From assembly GCA_030834125.1 (NCBI GenBank), contig JAURFW010000001.1, forward strand, positions 160,200 to 224,199: DNA of 64,000 bases, given 5' to 3'. This DNA comes from Bacteroidota bacterium. GTDB taxonomy: Bacteria; Bacteroidota; Bacteroidia; NS11-12g; UBA955. Every line of letters begins with the position of its first letter. The first letter of the stretch is position 1. The translations under genes and the position numbers were made by a program. This document shows, piece by piece, positions 10,691 through 20,944 of the stretch. The notes under the pieces were generated by a model, which did not search any database, was not told the origin of the DNA, and worked only from the letters and a program-made list of their open reading frames with translations.

Positions 10691-12337
10691 TCAGTTTGCA
10701 GATTTGTCAAGTGCTGAACGTCCGAGATACTCTTGTACACAACGGAATCCAATATAAGATTTAGACGAATCCTGAAATTCAAAAGTACGGGCACCGCACT
10801 CAATATAATATGCAACATCTTTCCAAGATCCTCCGCGAATAACTTTACGTTTACGAGATTTATGAATGTTGTAAAGAGAATCCTGCTGTTGTTGGGCAAT
10901 CTGAAGATCATTTGGATTAGCTGCGTCGTAGGCTTTCGCACTACCCGATTGGCCACCACCATATCCGTACTTATAATTACCGTTCATGTAAGCATGTTCT
11001 TTAATGTATACTTCGTAATTTCCATTTAATGAGTGTACAAATGTGTTATTCCCTTCACTCCACGTTGTACGAGTCCATTCAGCAACATTACCTGACATGT
11101 CATATAATCCAAAATCGTTGGGAAAATATGATTTTACTTTAATCGGATATACACCTCCATCAGCTCCAAAATCTCCGCGCAGTGGATAAAAGTTTGCTAA
11201 CATACATCCTTTGGTATTTCTTGCATAAGGTCCGCCCCATGGAAATCTATTTCCAATTCTACCACCTCGCGCAGCATACTCCCATTCATATTCGGTAGGT
11301 AGTCTAAAAAACTCTTCTGTTGGAAGGTCTTGTTGACGGAAATAACTATTTTTTCTATTAGTTCTCCAGTCGCAAAATGCTCTTGCCTGTGCCCAATTCA
11401 CACCAACTACAGGATAATCATCATATACAACGTGCGAAAAGTAATGGCGTGCCATGGGTTCGTTGTAAGAATAAGTAAAATCACGAATCCAACATAAAGT
11501 ATCTGGATATATCAATACATTTTCATGAACAATAAAATTCTCTCTGTTCATACCATTGTAACGATCACGATCCTCGAAGGCGGCTTTACGATAGTCAATC
11601 CACTCATATTCATAGACTAGGCGACGAGTATCAACTTGTTTTTGAAATTTGAATCGCTCTTTACCTGTATAGTAGAAGGAGTCTTCCCATAGTAGAGTTA
11701 CTAAAGGTGTTGCTGCATCTTTCATGTATAGCCTCAAGTCAACTGGTTCATCATGATTAATAACAAAATGATTGATTTCTGTTCCTTGATCATCATATGC
11801 TACCTCATTTGGGTCATAATCTTCATCTGAACGCTCTATAGTTCTAGTCGTCCATAATGGAACCTTTTGCTCAATATCATTTGAAAAGTTAGTAACGTTT
11901 TGCTCATCCGCTGCTTCTTCTTGTACAAAAATCTCACTCGGATCACCCGCATGATGTAATAAAACTTCTCTTTGCAAAGAATCAATGACATAATGAACAA
12001 ACTGACGATATTCATTATTAGTAATTTCGGATTCATCCATCCAAAAACCTGTAATGGTCATTTGTTTATTTGGTTGAAGATATGAATTGAACACATCTTG
12101 CGTACCTTGACCCGTATGGAATGTTCCAGATTTTACGTAAACCATTCCCGGAGGATTTTGATGGAACCATGGTGCACGGCCTAACACACCTGTTAGATCG
12201 CCCGTATCGCCAGGACAACCTGCCATAATAATCACCACTGACGCTATTGAAGAATAGAATAGTCCTCGTACAACACTGTTTCGCAGTGTCCTTTTGTGTG
12301 ATGATTTTCTAAACAAACCTAATACTCGGTTTCTCAT
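10691..12337 (-). CDS. gldK: Gliding motility / T9SS lipoprotein GldK (PorK), FGE-sulfatase fold
   Basis: Lipobox-like MAGC, YPDTLCW, DYPVVGVNW, RLPTEYEWEYAARGG, RGGSWKD and IGFRCV. Start taken at ATG 12337, downstream of a -7 box at 12386-12379. Confidence 0.93.
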   Translation of the reverse strand: MRNRVLGLFRKSSHKRTLRNSVVRGLFYSSIASVVIIMAGCPGDTGDLTGVLGRAPWFHQNPPGMVYVKSGTFHTGQGTQDVFNSYLQPNKQMTITGFWMDESEITNNEYRQFVHYVIDSLQREVLLHHAGDPSEIFVQEEAADEQNVTNFSNDIEQKVPLWTTRTIERSDEDYDPNEVAYDDQGTEINHFVINHDEPVDLRLYMKDAATPLVTLLWEDSFYYTGKERFKFQKQVDTRRLVYEYEWIDYRKAAFEDRDRYNGMNRENFIVHENVLIYPDTLCWIRDFTYSYNEPMARHYFSHVVYDDYPVVGVNWAQARAFCDWRTNRKNSYFRQQDLPTEEFFRLPTEYEWEYAARGGRIGNRFPWGGPYARNTKGCMLANFYPLRGDFGADGGVYPIKVKSYFPNDFGLYDMSGNVAEWTRTTWSEGNNTFVHSLNGNYEVYIKEHAYMNGNYKYGYGGGQSGSAKAYDAANPNDLQIAQQQQDSLYNIHKSRKRKVIRGGSWKDVAYYIECGARTFEFQDSSKSYIGFRCVQEYLGRSALDKSAN

Positions 12338-12470
12338 TTTCCTTTTATTTACTTTACAGTATATTTTTTGTGAAGTTGCAAAAATATACAATCTATTCAA
12401 TTAGACAAGTATTTTTCGCTTTCACATTCATTAACGAATTTTTAAAATGTTTATTGTATGTGGATAAAAT

Positions 12471-13589
12471 TTATTCCGATGAAACATCTCTCATCATCCA
12501 CCTAGGGTGTCTGTAAATCCTTGGTGGTCTTGAAGGTAACTCAAAATTGAAACAATAATTAACTTGTAACTCATGCGTTCCATAAACACTTGCTACACGC
12601 ACATAGGATACGGGAATATCGTAAGCATATCCAACACGAAGAGTTTGAACATTTCCTGCTCCTCCGCCTAATGGCACATAATAACCAAGTAAAATACTCA
12701 CAGCATCGAGCCCCATGCCATATGCTCTAACGTTCAATCCTGCAGCATACAATTCATTATAAGTCACTAAACCTTGTAAATCCAATTCAGGCTTAACGAA
12801 TCCACCTTGATCTCCCATAGCTGATTTTACTAGAAATGATGGATCTAATCGTAGAGATGGATTACCCATAAACTGATCCACAGTAACGCCACTTACAACA
12901 TATAAATGTTGTCGAGTAGAAATTTTAACTGTACCTCCCGAACCATACGCAAATGTTTGGGGCATAAGATGTGTCATACTTACTCCACCCCAAAGACCAT
13001 TTAATATATTGGGATTAGTGTAATAAACTCCCCCACCCATTGTAAGTTTTGTATCCCCTGTTATACCTGTTGGTATATTTGGATCGCCTGGATCATGAGC
13101 TCTTAACTTATCACCATTTAAATTTTTGGTTAATGAAGTAAATTCTATACCCGCTCTAATTTCAGAACCATCTGGTAATGCATAAGCCCCTGCTAATCCC
13201 CCTCTAAAAAAGGTATTTTCTTCGTAGGCAATATTATCCTTTATAAACGAAGCAAATACACCACCTACATTGATTTTTTCTTCCTTAATTTTTATTTTTA
13301 TTGGTGCCGAAAATGCTGCACCTGTTGTTCTAGGTGCAATATTTTGTGCAAAATCTTCAGAAATTGGAGTTCCTCCTTGAGTCTTCAAAATTGAAGACTG
13401 GTCTTCATATCCTAACCATTGTTGGTGATTTACAATATTCAAACAAAAATTACCTGACGAGCCCGCATAAGCTGGATTGTATAATAATTTATTGAATGCA
13501 TAGTGAGTGTAAGAAGGATCTTGCTGCGCTCCTACCGTTCCGATAATTCCTACTCCAATCAATAGAGAACCGAGTAATTTTGTTTTCAT
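12471..13589 (-). CDS. porP: PorP/SprF family T9SS outer-membrane protein
   Basis: AQQDPSYTHYAFNKLLYNPAYAG, QQWLG, RVGYAYD and GTHEL. Lies upstream of gldK. Start at MKTKLL (13589). Confidence 0.9.
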   Translation of the reverse strand: MKTKLLGSLLIGVGIIGTVGAQQDPSYTHYAFNKLLYNPAYAGSSGNFCLNIVNHQQWLGYEDQSSILKTQGGTPISEDFAQNIAPRTTGAAFSAPIKIKIKEEKINVGGVFASFIKDNIAYEENTFFRGGLAGAYALPDGSEIRAGIEFTSLTKNLNGDKLRAHDPGDPNIPTGITGDTKLTMGGGVYYTNPNILNGLWGGVSMTHLMPQTFAYGSGGTVKISTRQHLYVVSGVTVDQFMGNPSLRLDPSFLVKSAMGDQGGFVKPELDLQGLVTYNELYAAGLNVRAYGMGLDAVSILLGYYVPLGGGAGNVQTLRVGYAYDIPVSYVRVASVYGTHELQVNYCFNFELPSRPPRIYRHPRWMMRDVSSE

Positions 13590-13901
13590 GTACGATTCAA
13601 TTGAATTCAATCAATAACAAATATGCTCCAAATGATAGAGATATACAAATATTTTTTATGTGGCAATTTTCAACATATTTTTCTCATTACATATTTAGCA
13701 CAAATGAAAATGAGTAAGTTGTTTGTGATATTGTAATTATTCTACACACATGGTTTATTTTAAATAATATACATAACTAATTGAAATTCAATTACAAAAA
13801 AGTGATAAATAATTTGTCAATAAAGAGTGGAAAATTGTATTGTATATTGATTACTGTCTAAAAAATAATTCACCATATTTGTAGACAATAAAAAATAAAA
13901 C

Positions 13902-15257
13902 ATGCCAAACATACTAGTTGTAGACGATGAAGCTCCAATAAGAGAAACACTCAAGGAAATATTAGAATATGAACAATTTGATGTAACGCTTGCTGAGAAT
14001 GGTGAAAAAGCGTGGCAGTTAGTTCAAAAAAATGATTTTGATGTCATTTTGTGTGATGTCAAAATGCCTGGAATAGATGGGGTTGAATTACTTGAACGCA
14101 TACAAGCGCTCAAGCCAGAAACTCCAGTAGTTATGATTTCGGGTCATGGAAATGTTGAATTAGCCATTGAAAGCACTAAAAAGGGCGCCTTTGATTTTAT
14201 AACGAAACCGCCAGATTTAAATCGATTACTCATCACACTAAGAAATGCAATTGAGAAGAATGATCTAGTAGTTGAAACAAAGGTTTTAAAAAGACGTGTT
14301 GCAAAAACTTATGATATCATTGGTGAAACACCAGCAATTACGAAAATTAAAGATACTATTGAAAAGGTTGCACCTACCGAGGCAAGAGTATTAATCACTG
14401 GAGAAAACGGAACTGGAAAAGAGCTTGTAGCCCGGTGGATTCATGAAAGGAGTACTAGAGCCAACAATCAACTAATAGAAGTTAATTGTGCTTCAATACC
14501 AACAGAATTAATAGAAAGCGAATTATTTGGTCATGAGAAAGGAAGTTTCACTTCAGCGATCAAGCAAAGGATTGGTAAATTTGAACAAGCCCATGGTGGA
14601 ACTTTATTTTTAGATGAAATTGGGGATATGAGCATGGCAGCTCAGGCTAAGGTATTAAGAGCCATACAAGAAGGCAAGATTACCAGAGTTGGAGGTGACA
14701 AAGAAATTAAGGTAGATGTGCGTATTGTTGCCGCAACAAATAAAGATTTACTAACTGAAATTGAAAATGGAAATTTCAGGATGGATTTATACCACAGATT
14801 ATCGGTTATCCTTATACACGTGCCAACTTTAAACGAACGTGTTGATGATATCCCTTTAATTGCGGACAAATTTTTAAAGGAAATTTGTTCCGAAAACAAT
14901 ATGGCTGATAAAAGTTTTACTGAAGATGGTTATCAAGCTCTTAAAGAAGTAAACTGGACCGGAAACATTCGGGAGTTAAGGAATGTTGTGGAGCGTTTAG
15001 TGATATTATGTAATAAAAATATATCTGGTGATGATGTATACATGTTCAGTAATCCTGCACAACGTGGTTCAGATCCATTTGGAGTGGTTGATGAATATCA
15101 GACCTTGCAAGACTTTAGAGATTGGGCTGAAAAGGTGTTTATTGAGCGAAAACTCATTCAGAATGGGTGGAACGTTGCAAAAACAGCTTCGGAAATTGAT
15201 ATTCAGCGAAGTCATCTTTACAATAAGATCGATAAGTATCAATTAAAAAGAAGATAA
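13902..15257 (+). CDS. Sigma54-interacting response regulator (receiver + AAA+ + Fis-type HTH)
   Basis: [52 protein letters not shown] and a C-terminal HTH. Confidence 0.93.
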   Translation: MPNILVVDDEAPIRETLKEILEYEQFDVTLAENGEKAWQLVQKNDFDVILCDVKMPGIDGVELLERIQALKPETPVVMISGHGNVELAIESTKKGAFDFITKPPDLNRLLITLRNAIEKNDLVVETKVLKRRVAKTYDIIGETPAITKIKDTIEKVAPTEARVLITGENGTGKELVARWIHERSTRANNQLIEVNCASIPTELIESELFGHEKGSFTSAIKQRIGKFEQAHGGTLFLDEIGDMSMAAQAKVLRAIQEGKITRVGGDKEIKVDVRIVAATNKDLLTEIENGNFRMDLYHRLSVILIHVPTLNERVDDIPLIADKFLKEICSENNMADKSFTEDGYQALKEVNWTGNIRELRNVVERLVILCNKNISGDDVYMFSNPAQRGSDPFGVVDEYQTLQDFRDWAEKVFIERKLIQNGWNVAKTASEIDIQRSHLYNKIDKYQLKRR

Positions 15258-15258
15258 T

Positions 15259-16230
15259 TTGAGTAATCAAACTCGAATTGGAGATTCCATTTTGGAAGCA
15301 TCGCATTTGCTCAAAAATGGAGAATTAGTTGCTATTCCTACCGAAACAGTTTATGGATTGGCGGCTAATGGATTAAATTCTGAAGCTTGTACTGAAATTT
15401 TTAAAGTAAAAAATCGACCTTTTTTTGATCCATTAATTCTGCATATAGGCAATAAGGATGATTTGAATGCTTTAGTTAATGAAATACCAGAGCATTATAT
15501 TCCTCTAATTAATAAATTTTGGCCTGGTCCACTTACTCTTGTTTTTAATAAATCGGAAATTGTGCCAGATATTGTATGTTCTGGTGGAAATACGGTTGCC
15601 ATTAGAATGCCATCACATCCGTTAACCTTAAAACTTCTAAAAAGTATTGATTTCCCCTTAGCCGCTCCAAGTGCCAACCCATTCAAATATGTTAGTCCCA
15701 CCAACCCAGTTCATGTAAAGGATCAATTGAACGGCAAGATCTCATATATACTGGATGGCGGAGATTGTGAAGTTGGGTTGGAATCAACAATAGTTAAGTC
15801 AGATGATGGGATATTGACTATTCTCAGGGTTGGGGGTATTTCTGTGGAATCATTAATGGAATTCAATCCAAATATTAGACTTTCAATTAAACCCCAAGAT
15901 AACCCCATTGCACCAGGGCAATTGGAACACCACTATTCACCGCATTGTAAGCTTGAAATAATTAATAATACTGCTGAATTATTTGATTCATATGACGCAA
16001 TTATATCAGTAATCCCATTGAAACTGCCTATTGATATGAATTTGCGCCATAAGATAATATTACTAAGTAAATCTGGAGACTTATCAGAAGCTGCTCAAAA
16101 CCTTTTCAAAGAATTGAGAAATATTGATATACATGGATATTCAAACGTGGGGATATTACTTGGTCCAGAAGAAGGACTTGGTCGAGCAATTAACGACAGA
16201 CTGACGCGAGCTGCTAGCTCTAAAGTTTAG
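15259..16230 (+). CDS. tsaC: L-threonylcarbamoyladenylate synthase (Sua5 type)
   Basis: PTETVYGL, KNRP..DPLILH, FWPGPLT, APSAN, GLESTI, APGQ..HYSP and AINDRL.RA. Confidence 0.95.
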   Translation: MSNQTRIGDSILEASHLLKNGELVAIPTETVYGLAANGLNSEACTEIFKVKNRPFFDPLILHIGNKDDLNALVNEIPEHYIPLINKFWPGPLTLVFNKSEIVPDIVCSGGNTVAIRMPSHPLTLKLLKSIDFPLAAPSANPFKYVSPTNPVHVKDQLNGKISYILDGGDCEVGLESTIVKSDDGILTILRVGGISVESLMEFNPNIRLSIKPQDNPIAPGQLEHHYSPHCKLEIINNTAELFDSYDAIISVIPLKLPIDMNLRHKIILLSKSGDLSEAAQNLFKELRNIDIHGYSNVGILLGPEEGLGRAINDRLTRAASSKV

Positions 16231-17123
16231 TCTTGAGGGGGAATTATTTTATTTTCAGCTAGACTATCACTACCCATGGACTCAGTAATAAATTCATAAG
16301 TATTTTCTAATACTTTCCAGAATGCTTCAGAAGCATCAGCAAGACTATTCATTGGATGAGCACAACCAAAAGTATGTCCAGAATCTTCAATTGGAATAAA
16401 TATTGAGTGAAGACATGATTCATAGATTTTTTTTGAAGATTCTATATTTACTGACTCATCTCCTGTTCCATGAAGAATTAAAAGTGGTTGTGTTATGGAC
16501 CGAGCAGATTGAATTATTTGATAACGATCTTTGTGATCTTCATATTCCTTCCATAGCTCAAAAGACAAAGGCATTTGCTGCTTTGTTCTTTTATTTTCTA
16601 TGTAATAAATACCTTCTTTTTCCCACTTTTCTTTATCCACATAATTGAAAAGATGCTCATATGAATCAATCGATGACCAAGTAACAATTTTTGTTACAAA
16701 ATCTGGAAATAGGGAGCCAAACAGAATAACATTTCCCCCTCCTCTACTATGACCAATCCATGTAATGTTTTTTGGATTTAACGGATAGTTTTTAGAAGCA
16801 GTATCTTTAATCCAAAGTGCTAAAGACTCCAAATCTCTCAGCTCATTTCCTACTGTATTAACAGCAAATGATTCAAGATCATCAAAATCTGTTTCCTTAA
16901 CTCCATTTAATGAGTGGTTGAAAGTAATTAATGCGTTGTTTTCGTCTACAAGAAATTCGTTGAGATAAGGAATAAATCCCCAATCTTTAAAACCTTTAAA
17001 ACCATGACAAAACACGGTAATATTTAGTCCTTTATCACCTATGATATCTTCAGGCAAAAACAAATCGACGGCCATGTTTCGACCGTCGATAGTTTGGATT
17101 TCCAATGTTTGTTTGGAGTTCAA
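16227..17123 (-). CDS. Alpha/beta hydrolase
   Basis: HGFKGFKDWG, GHSRGG nucleophile elbow, HGTGDESV and GHTF. Start uncertain (TTG 17123, TTG 17105 or ATG 17075); the ORF-track start lies inside the tRNA. Confidence 0.85.
   Translation of the reverse strand: MNSKQTLEIQTIDGRNMAVDLFLPEDIIGDKGLNITVFCHGFKGFKDWGFIPYLNEFLVDENNALITFNHSLNGVKETDFDDLESFAVNTVGNELRDLESLALWIKDTASKNYPLNPKNITWIGHSRGGGNVILFGSLFPDFVTKIVTWSSIDSYEHLFNYVDKEKWEKEGIYYIENKRTKQQMPLSFELWKEYEDHKDRYQIIQSARSITQPLLILHGTGDESVNIESSKKIYESCLHSIFIPIEDSGHTFGCAHPMNSLADASEAFWKVLENTYEFITESMGSDSLAENKIIPPQD
17056..17090 (-). terminator. Probable intrinsic terminator after tRNA-Leu
   Basis: Minus strand reads ATCGACGGTC-GAAACAT-GGCCGTCGAT followed by TTGTTTTT. 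Confidence 0.65.
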
Positions 17124-17124
17124 G

Positions 17125-17211
17125 TGGTGCCCAGGACCGGAGTCGAACCGGTACGGGTTTAACCCCACTGGTGTTTGAGACCAGCGCGTCTACCAATTCC
17201 GCCACCTGGGC
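17125..17211 (-). tRNA. tRNA-Leu(CAA)
   Basis: GCCCAGG acceptor stem, GGCGGAATTGGTAGACGC D-arm, CTGGT-CTCAAAC-ACCAG anticodon arm, long variable arm, GGTTCGACTCC and encoded CCA. A -7 box TATTTTTG lies at 17236-17229. Confidence 0.97.
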
Positions 17212-17276
17212 CTCTTGTTAGAGGACTGCAAAAATAAGCAAATCCGTAAATTTCACAAGTAATCACAAAATATTTT

Positions 17277-17774
17277 TCAATGCCTTCTTTTCCATTCAAT
17301 TACATTCAAATTTTCAATCTTCCCTTCGTTTATTTCGAATTTGAGGGCAGTCCTCACATTATGAAAACCGTGTAAACCGACCGCGCCTGGATTCAAATGA
17401 AGCCAGGAACAAATTTTATCATATTGTACGGTGAGCATATGGCTATGACCACAAACAAAAATATTTGCTCCAAATTCTAATGCTTCCTTTTTTACTTCAG
17501 CTTTATATCTTCCGGGTTTACCTGCAATATGTGTCATAAAAATTTTCATACCTTGGCGTGTAAACTTTTGTACTATTGGGCAATTTTGTTTCACCTCAAG
17601 TCCATCAATGTTACCATAAACTCCAATGACTGAAACACAAACTGAATTTAATTCATCCCAAAGATCATTGTTTAACCAATCCCCGGCATGCCATACCTCA
17701 TCGACCTGTTTAGCGTGATTTATAATATTTTCATCACTATATCCATGATTATCACTGATTAATAGAATTTTCAT
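17277..17774 (-). CDS. YfcE/MJ0936-family metallophosphoesterase
   Basis: SDNH, HAGD, GNID, GHSH and LNPGA motifs. Confidence 0.9.
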   Translation of the reverse strand: MKILLISDNHGYSDENIINHAKQVDEVWHAGDWLNNDLWDELNSVCVSVIGVYGNIDGLEVKQNCPIVQKFTRQGMKIFMTHIAGKPGRYKAEVKKEALEFGANIFVCGHSHMLTVQYDKICSWLHLNPGAVGLHGFHNVRTALKFEINEGKIENLNVIEWKRRH

Positions 17775-19000
17775 TTACTATTTGCTAAAAGTGAATTTCT
17801 GAGACCAAGAACAGAAATTGATATTATCGGTATTATTATGGGAATTAGATACCTAGCCGAACCCACAGGTCCGATGAAAAACAAATAAGTAATTATTAGA
17901 AAACATAACCACAATACTTTTAAATTTTGCCGGTTCCTCCAAATACCCAAACTAAATACAATACCTCTAATTATATTAATCGCTAGAAATGCAGCTATAT
18001 AAATCCATTGAAACCAGGGCAAATTTGACTGTTGATGTCCATCGTTCACATCCAAAAATCCTCTTGATCTTTTCCATCCCCAATAAACCATTGCATCAAA
18101 TCTGCCGGGATCAATAATCGTAGCAAACATTCCTTTGAAGTGAATAAATAAATATGTTAAAGGATATTCAAGAATAGTATTCACCGACTGTTGTCGTAAA
18201 AATTTCTTTAATTGAATTTCATTAAGTTTCTTTCTTTGGATTAAATCCTTTTCGGCTTTATAAATCGAATCTGTGGTTTCAGTTCCCAATTCAAATCTTA
18301 ATACTAATTTTCTGTTATAATCATAAAGGTTTGTAGTGGATACTGAAGATATTTCAAAACGATTTGTACGGCTGAAATTCCAAAACATTAAAAAAGTAAT
18401 AGTAAAAACAACAATAAACTGCGATAGAATCCATTTTTTTATATCTGTAATTGCAAAAAATGGAAATAAAAGTACTGTAAAAATAAATATAGGCTTTAGG
18501 CCAATTAATACTGCTGATATTACAGATGCAATAAAGAATTTCTTATCTAAGGTTTTGATTATCCATAATCCCAATAAAATACCGGTAAATATATCAGGAA
18601 TTGTTATGAACGAGTAGTAATATCCTAAAGGAAATAAAGAAGTTAACACAATTACCCAATGTTCTATTGATACATCATGTAATGATAATTTTTTTAATAT
18701 TTGATTAGATATTAAAGGATAGGCTAACCAACTAAAAAGTTGGAGAAGTCTAATGATGTAGAAATTATTATTGAATGAAATGAGTATTGGATAAATAGGT
18801 GTTCTTCGAGAGTCCTCCATCCATCTGTCCGATAATTTAAATACAGACATTCCATCAGTTAGCGACTTTGAATATAATTTATATTCTGAAACATCAAGTA
18901 TTTCAGGCATTTCATTAAATCCTAAAATCCAAATTATTACAGCAATTATTACATAAATAAAATAAGCTATTCTACTTTTTCTATTTAGTATAGCAACCAT
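17771..19000 (-). CDS. Polytopic membrane protein, probable GT-C fold glycosyltransferase-like
   Basis: Many TM segments, RTPIYP, and a late ARYLIP motif. Confidence 0.55.
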   Translation of the reverse strand: MVAILNRKSRIAYFIYVIIAVIIWILGFNEMPEILDVSEYKLYSKSLTDGMSVFKLSDRWMEDSRRTPIYPILISFNNNFYIIRLLQLFSWLAYPLISNQILKKLSLHDVSIEHWVIVLTSLFPLGYYYSFITIPDIFTGILLGLWIIKTLDKKFFIASVISAVLIGLKPIFIFTVLLFPFFAITDIKKWILSQFIVVFTITFLMFWNFSRTNRFEISSVSTTNLYDYNRKLVLRFELGTETTDSIYKAEKDLIQRKKLNEIQLKKFLRQQSVNTILEYPLTYLFIHFKGMFATIIDPGRFDAMVYWGWKRSRGFLDVNDGHQQSNLPWFQWIYIAAFLAINIIRGIVFSLGIWRNRQNLKVLWLCFLIITYLFFIGPVGSARYLIPIIIPIISISVLGLRNSLLANSK

Positions 19001-19503
19001 TGAACAACAATTGAAAAAATCACGTTAAACAAGAATACTGCAAATTTTAGGTAGAATTCTTCTATCTTCCATGCGAGTATACTAAAAACTAGTAATAATA
19101 GAGGAAATAAGAAGGTCGAAATGCTTCGTGGATAGTCTAAATATTCGAATTTTATTTTTTCTGTTTGAGAGAGGTTTTTAAAGGTGATAACGGTTCTGAC
19201 CTTTTGATATATTGGAGATTTGAAAACAACAAGAGTATCACCAGTATTCAACTCAAAAAATTGCTTTTCACTTATTTCAACTATATAGGGAAAACCTTGA
19301 TTTTCTTCAGTTATTACTAAAGTTGTGTAATCTACGTTGTTATTAATTCTAAAACTTTCTCGCAAGGGGACTTCTATCCGATTATCCACTATTACACCTA
19401 ATTTGATATTTGGGTGTAAAGCTTCGTCTAGAATATGCAATAAAGCAACAAATGCAATTATTGCTGAAATTAGATTTACGAAACGGGTGAGTTTAAATTC
19501 CAT
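18985..19503 (-). CDS. Hypothetical membrane protein
   Basis: 172-aa ORF with N- and C-terminal hydrophobic helices, in an operon-like position. Confidence 0.65.
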   Translation of the reverse strand: MEFKLTRFVNLISAIIAFVALLHILDEALHPNIKLGVIVDNRIEVPLRESFRINNNVDYTTLVITEENQGFPYIVEISEKQFFELNTGDTLVVFKSPIYQKVRTVITFKNLSQTEKIKFEYLDYPRSISTFLFPLLLLVFSILAWKIEEFYLKFAVFLFNVIFSIVVQWLLY

Positions 19504-19520
19504 ACCCGGTTAAAAATGTA

Positions 19521-20885
19521 CTAAATTTCAGTATGAGGATCCCATTGTTCCAAATATTCGGCAACACGTTTTACAAACATACCACCCAGTGCACCATCAA
19601 CAACTCTATGATCGTAACTATGAGAAAGATACATCATATGTCTTATTGCAATTACATCTCCATGTTCCGTTTCTAAAACTGCTGGTTTCTTTTGAATTGT
19701 ACCAACGGCCATAATTGCAACTTGTGGTTGATTAATTACCGGTGTACCCATTATATTTCCGAATGAACCTACATTGGTAAGCGTATAAGTACCGCCTTGA
19801 ATTTCATCAGCAACAAGTTTGTTATCACGAGCACGGATAGCAAGATCGTTTACAGTGCGTGTTAGTCCTAAAAGATTCATTGAGTCGGCTTGCTTAACTA
19901 CAGGAACGATTAGGTTCCCATTTTTCTGAGCAACTGCCATTCCGATATTTATGTTGCGCTTTTTTATAATCTTGTTACCATCTACTGAAACATTAATCAT
20001 AGGAAAATCTTTAATTGCCTTTGCAATTGCCCACATGAAAATTGGGGTGAATGTAATATTTTCACCTTCACGCTTTTTGAAATCACCTTTGATTCTATTT
20101 CTCCAATTAACTAAATTGGTAACATCAGCCTCAACAAAAGAGGTTACGTGAGGACTCGTTTGCATGCTCATAACCATGTGATCTGCGATCATTTTGCGTA
20201 CACGGTCCATCTCAATAATCTCGTCACCGTTATTTAGAGACACTGAAGGCTTTGATTTTACTACTGCCTTTGACTCTATTATATTTTCCGGTTGAGATTC
20301 ATGAACAATTTGCGCAGGAGTTGTAGGTTGGTTATCTCTATTTTTTAAATACTTTAGAACATCGCTTTTTGTCACACGACCCTCTAAACCTGTTCCACCA
20401 ATTGATTCTAATTCAGTTTGAGACAACCCCTCTTTTGAAGCAATACTCATAACCAACGGGGAATAAAATCTAGAACCAGAGTTAGGAAGATAATTAGATT
20501 TTGGACTATTACTAGAATTATTAATTGAAGTTTGACTACTAGAAATCGCTATTTGGATCTCTTCTTCAATTTTGTCTGTAACGTCAGCTATATCATGAAT
20601 CTCTGCGATAGGTTCTGTTTCAGTAGGCTTCGAATCTGACCCTCCTTCCAATGAAATCATAGCAATAGGTTCTCCAATTTTTACCACATCACCATCCTGA
20701 AATAGTTGCTTGGTTAATACACCACTATCTGTGCTTGGAATTTCGTTATCTACCTTATCAGTTGCTATTTCAACTATGGGTTCGTCTTTCTCAACAGTAT
20801 CACCAACATTTTTTAACCAACGAATTACCGTGGCTTCGCTGATACTCTCACCCATTTTGGGGACTAGAATTGATTTCTCCGCCAT
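19521..20885 (-). CDS. 2-oxo-acid dehydrogenase E2 (dihydrolipoamide acyltransferase)
   Basis: Lipoyl domain (PKMGES, ATDKVD), E3-binding domain (GTGLEGRVTKSDV) and catalytic DHRVVDG. Confidence 0.95.
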   Translation of the reverse strand: MAEKSILVPKMGESISEATVIRWLKNVGDTVEKDEPIVEIATDKVDNEIPSTDSGVLTKQLFQDGDVVKIGEPIAMISLEGGSDSKPTETEPIAEIHDIADVTDKIEEEIQIAISSSQTSINNSSNSPKSNYLPNSGSRFYSPLVMSIASKEGLSQTELESIGGTGLEGRVTKSDVLKYLKNRDNQPTTPAQIVHESQPENIIESKAVVKSKPSVSLNNGDEIIEMDRVRKMIADHMVMSMQTSPHVTSFVEADVTNLVNWRNRIKGDFKKREGENITFTPIFMWAIAKAIKDFPMINVSVDGNKIIKKRNINIGMAVAQKNGNLIVPVVKQADSMNLLGLTRTVNDLAIRARDNKLVADEIQGGTYTLTNVGSFGNIMGTPVINQPQVAIMAVGTIQKKPAVLETEHGDVIAIRHMMYLSHSYDHRVVDGALGGMFVKRVAEYLEQWDPHTEI

Positions 20886-20944
20886 ATTCAATAAAGTGCG
20901 AATTTCGTCATTTTTGTTTAATCGACCAATCTAGTTATTTAATC

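Noticed and set aside
12459..12467. Perfect DnaA box TGTGGATAA between porP and gldK (another at 16634-16642 inside a CDS)
   Set aside because: Isolated single boxes are expected by chance in 64 kb of AT-rich DNA.
17124..17168. ORF-track N-terminus of the hydrolase (MGLNPYRFDSGPGHH)
   Set aside because: It is the translated tRNA-Leu sequence.
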